24,000 bases of DNA, from the NCBI RefSeq assembly GCF_049818055.1, contig NZ_CP187479.1, positions 902,088 through 926,087 of the forward strand, given 5' to 3'. Every line of letters starts with the position of its first letter. The first letter of the stretch is position 1. The notes under the pieces are model-generated. The model saw only the letters and a list, made by a program, of their open reading frames with translations, did not search any database and was not told the origin of the DNA. This document shows, in pieces, positions 23,663 through 24,000 of this stretch. A program made the translations under genes and the position numbers. This stretch comes from Desulforudis sp. Tu-874. Its GTDB lineage: Bacteria > Bacillota > Desulfotomaculia > Desulfotomaculales > JASEER01.

Positions 23663-23690
23663 TTATCGGCGGCTCAACGCGAAAACTTTA
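23663..23690 (-). promoter_or_regulatory. sigma-28/FliA(SigD)-type promoter candidate upstream of the GEMM-I leader
   Basis: The minus strand reads TAAAGTTT (23690-23683), a 12-nt spacer, then GCCGATAA (23670-23663). Both elements match the FliA consensus exactly, and the spacer is one nt longer than the E. coli optimum. Confidence 0.5.
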
Positions 23691-23697
23691 TAGGGAT

Positions 23698-23735
23698 GTA
23701 AAATAATAGGCCCTGCAGGCATCCACCCACAGGGC
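23698..23735 (-). terminator. rho-independent terminator of mdh
   Basis: GCCCUGUGGG...CCUGCAGGGC forms a stem of about 10 bp (with G-U pairs) on the minus strand, followed by CUAUUAUUUU. It lies 30 nt after the mdh stop. Confidence 0.6.
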
Positions 23736-23763
23736 TGTTTTCGTTGAGACTTACGAACCCGTA

Positions 23764-24000
<237 letters not shown>

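Overview
This is a high-GC window, probably from an anaerobic Firmicute. That guess rests only on gene content and operon style.

Bases 1-6300 hold housekeeping and accessory genes:
- a DMT/EamA permease;
- an ABC-2 exporter pair (ATPase plus permease);
- two very small redox genes that fall below the ORF-track cutoff, a 45-aa rubredoxin and a 38-aa desulforedoxin;
- an intact IS21-family element (istA/istB, multi-block terminal inverted repeats, 5-bp target duplication GCTCC), inserted between the desulforedoxin stop codon and its terminator.

Bases 6700-20540 are one long minus-strand type IV pilus locus. Gene order is pilB, pilT, pilC, a group-3 sigma factor, a PilV-like giant minor pilin, a minor pilin, a GspK/PilX-like protein, pilM, pilN, pilO, a PilP-like protein, a protein with secretin N-domains but no secretin pore, then two pilin genes. 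Several junctions are translationally coupled (ATGA/GTGA overlaps).

Two more minus-strand units lie upstream of the pilus locus:
- A Com-like zinc-ribbon gene, a short A24 prepilin peptidase, and a sortase interrupted by one in-frame TGA.
- A secreted transglutaminase-like protein.

Both units have structured leaders that I read as c-di-GMP riboswitches ending in intrinsic terminators. The first is class-II-like and the second is class I (GEMM-I).

A near-consensus sigma-28-type promoter (TAAAGTTT-N12-GCCGATAA) precedes the GEMM-I leader. A related element (TAAAGTTT-N11-tCCGAAAc) precedes the first pilin gene.

The window ends in the 3' end of a malate dehydrogenase gene. I saw no CRISPR array, tRNA or rRNA. 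Most long ORFs antisense to these genes are high-GC shadow frames.
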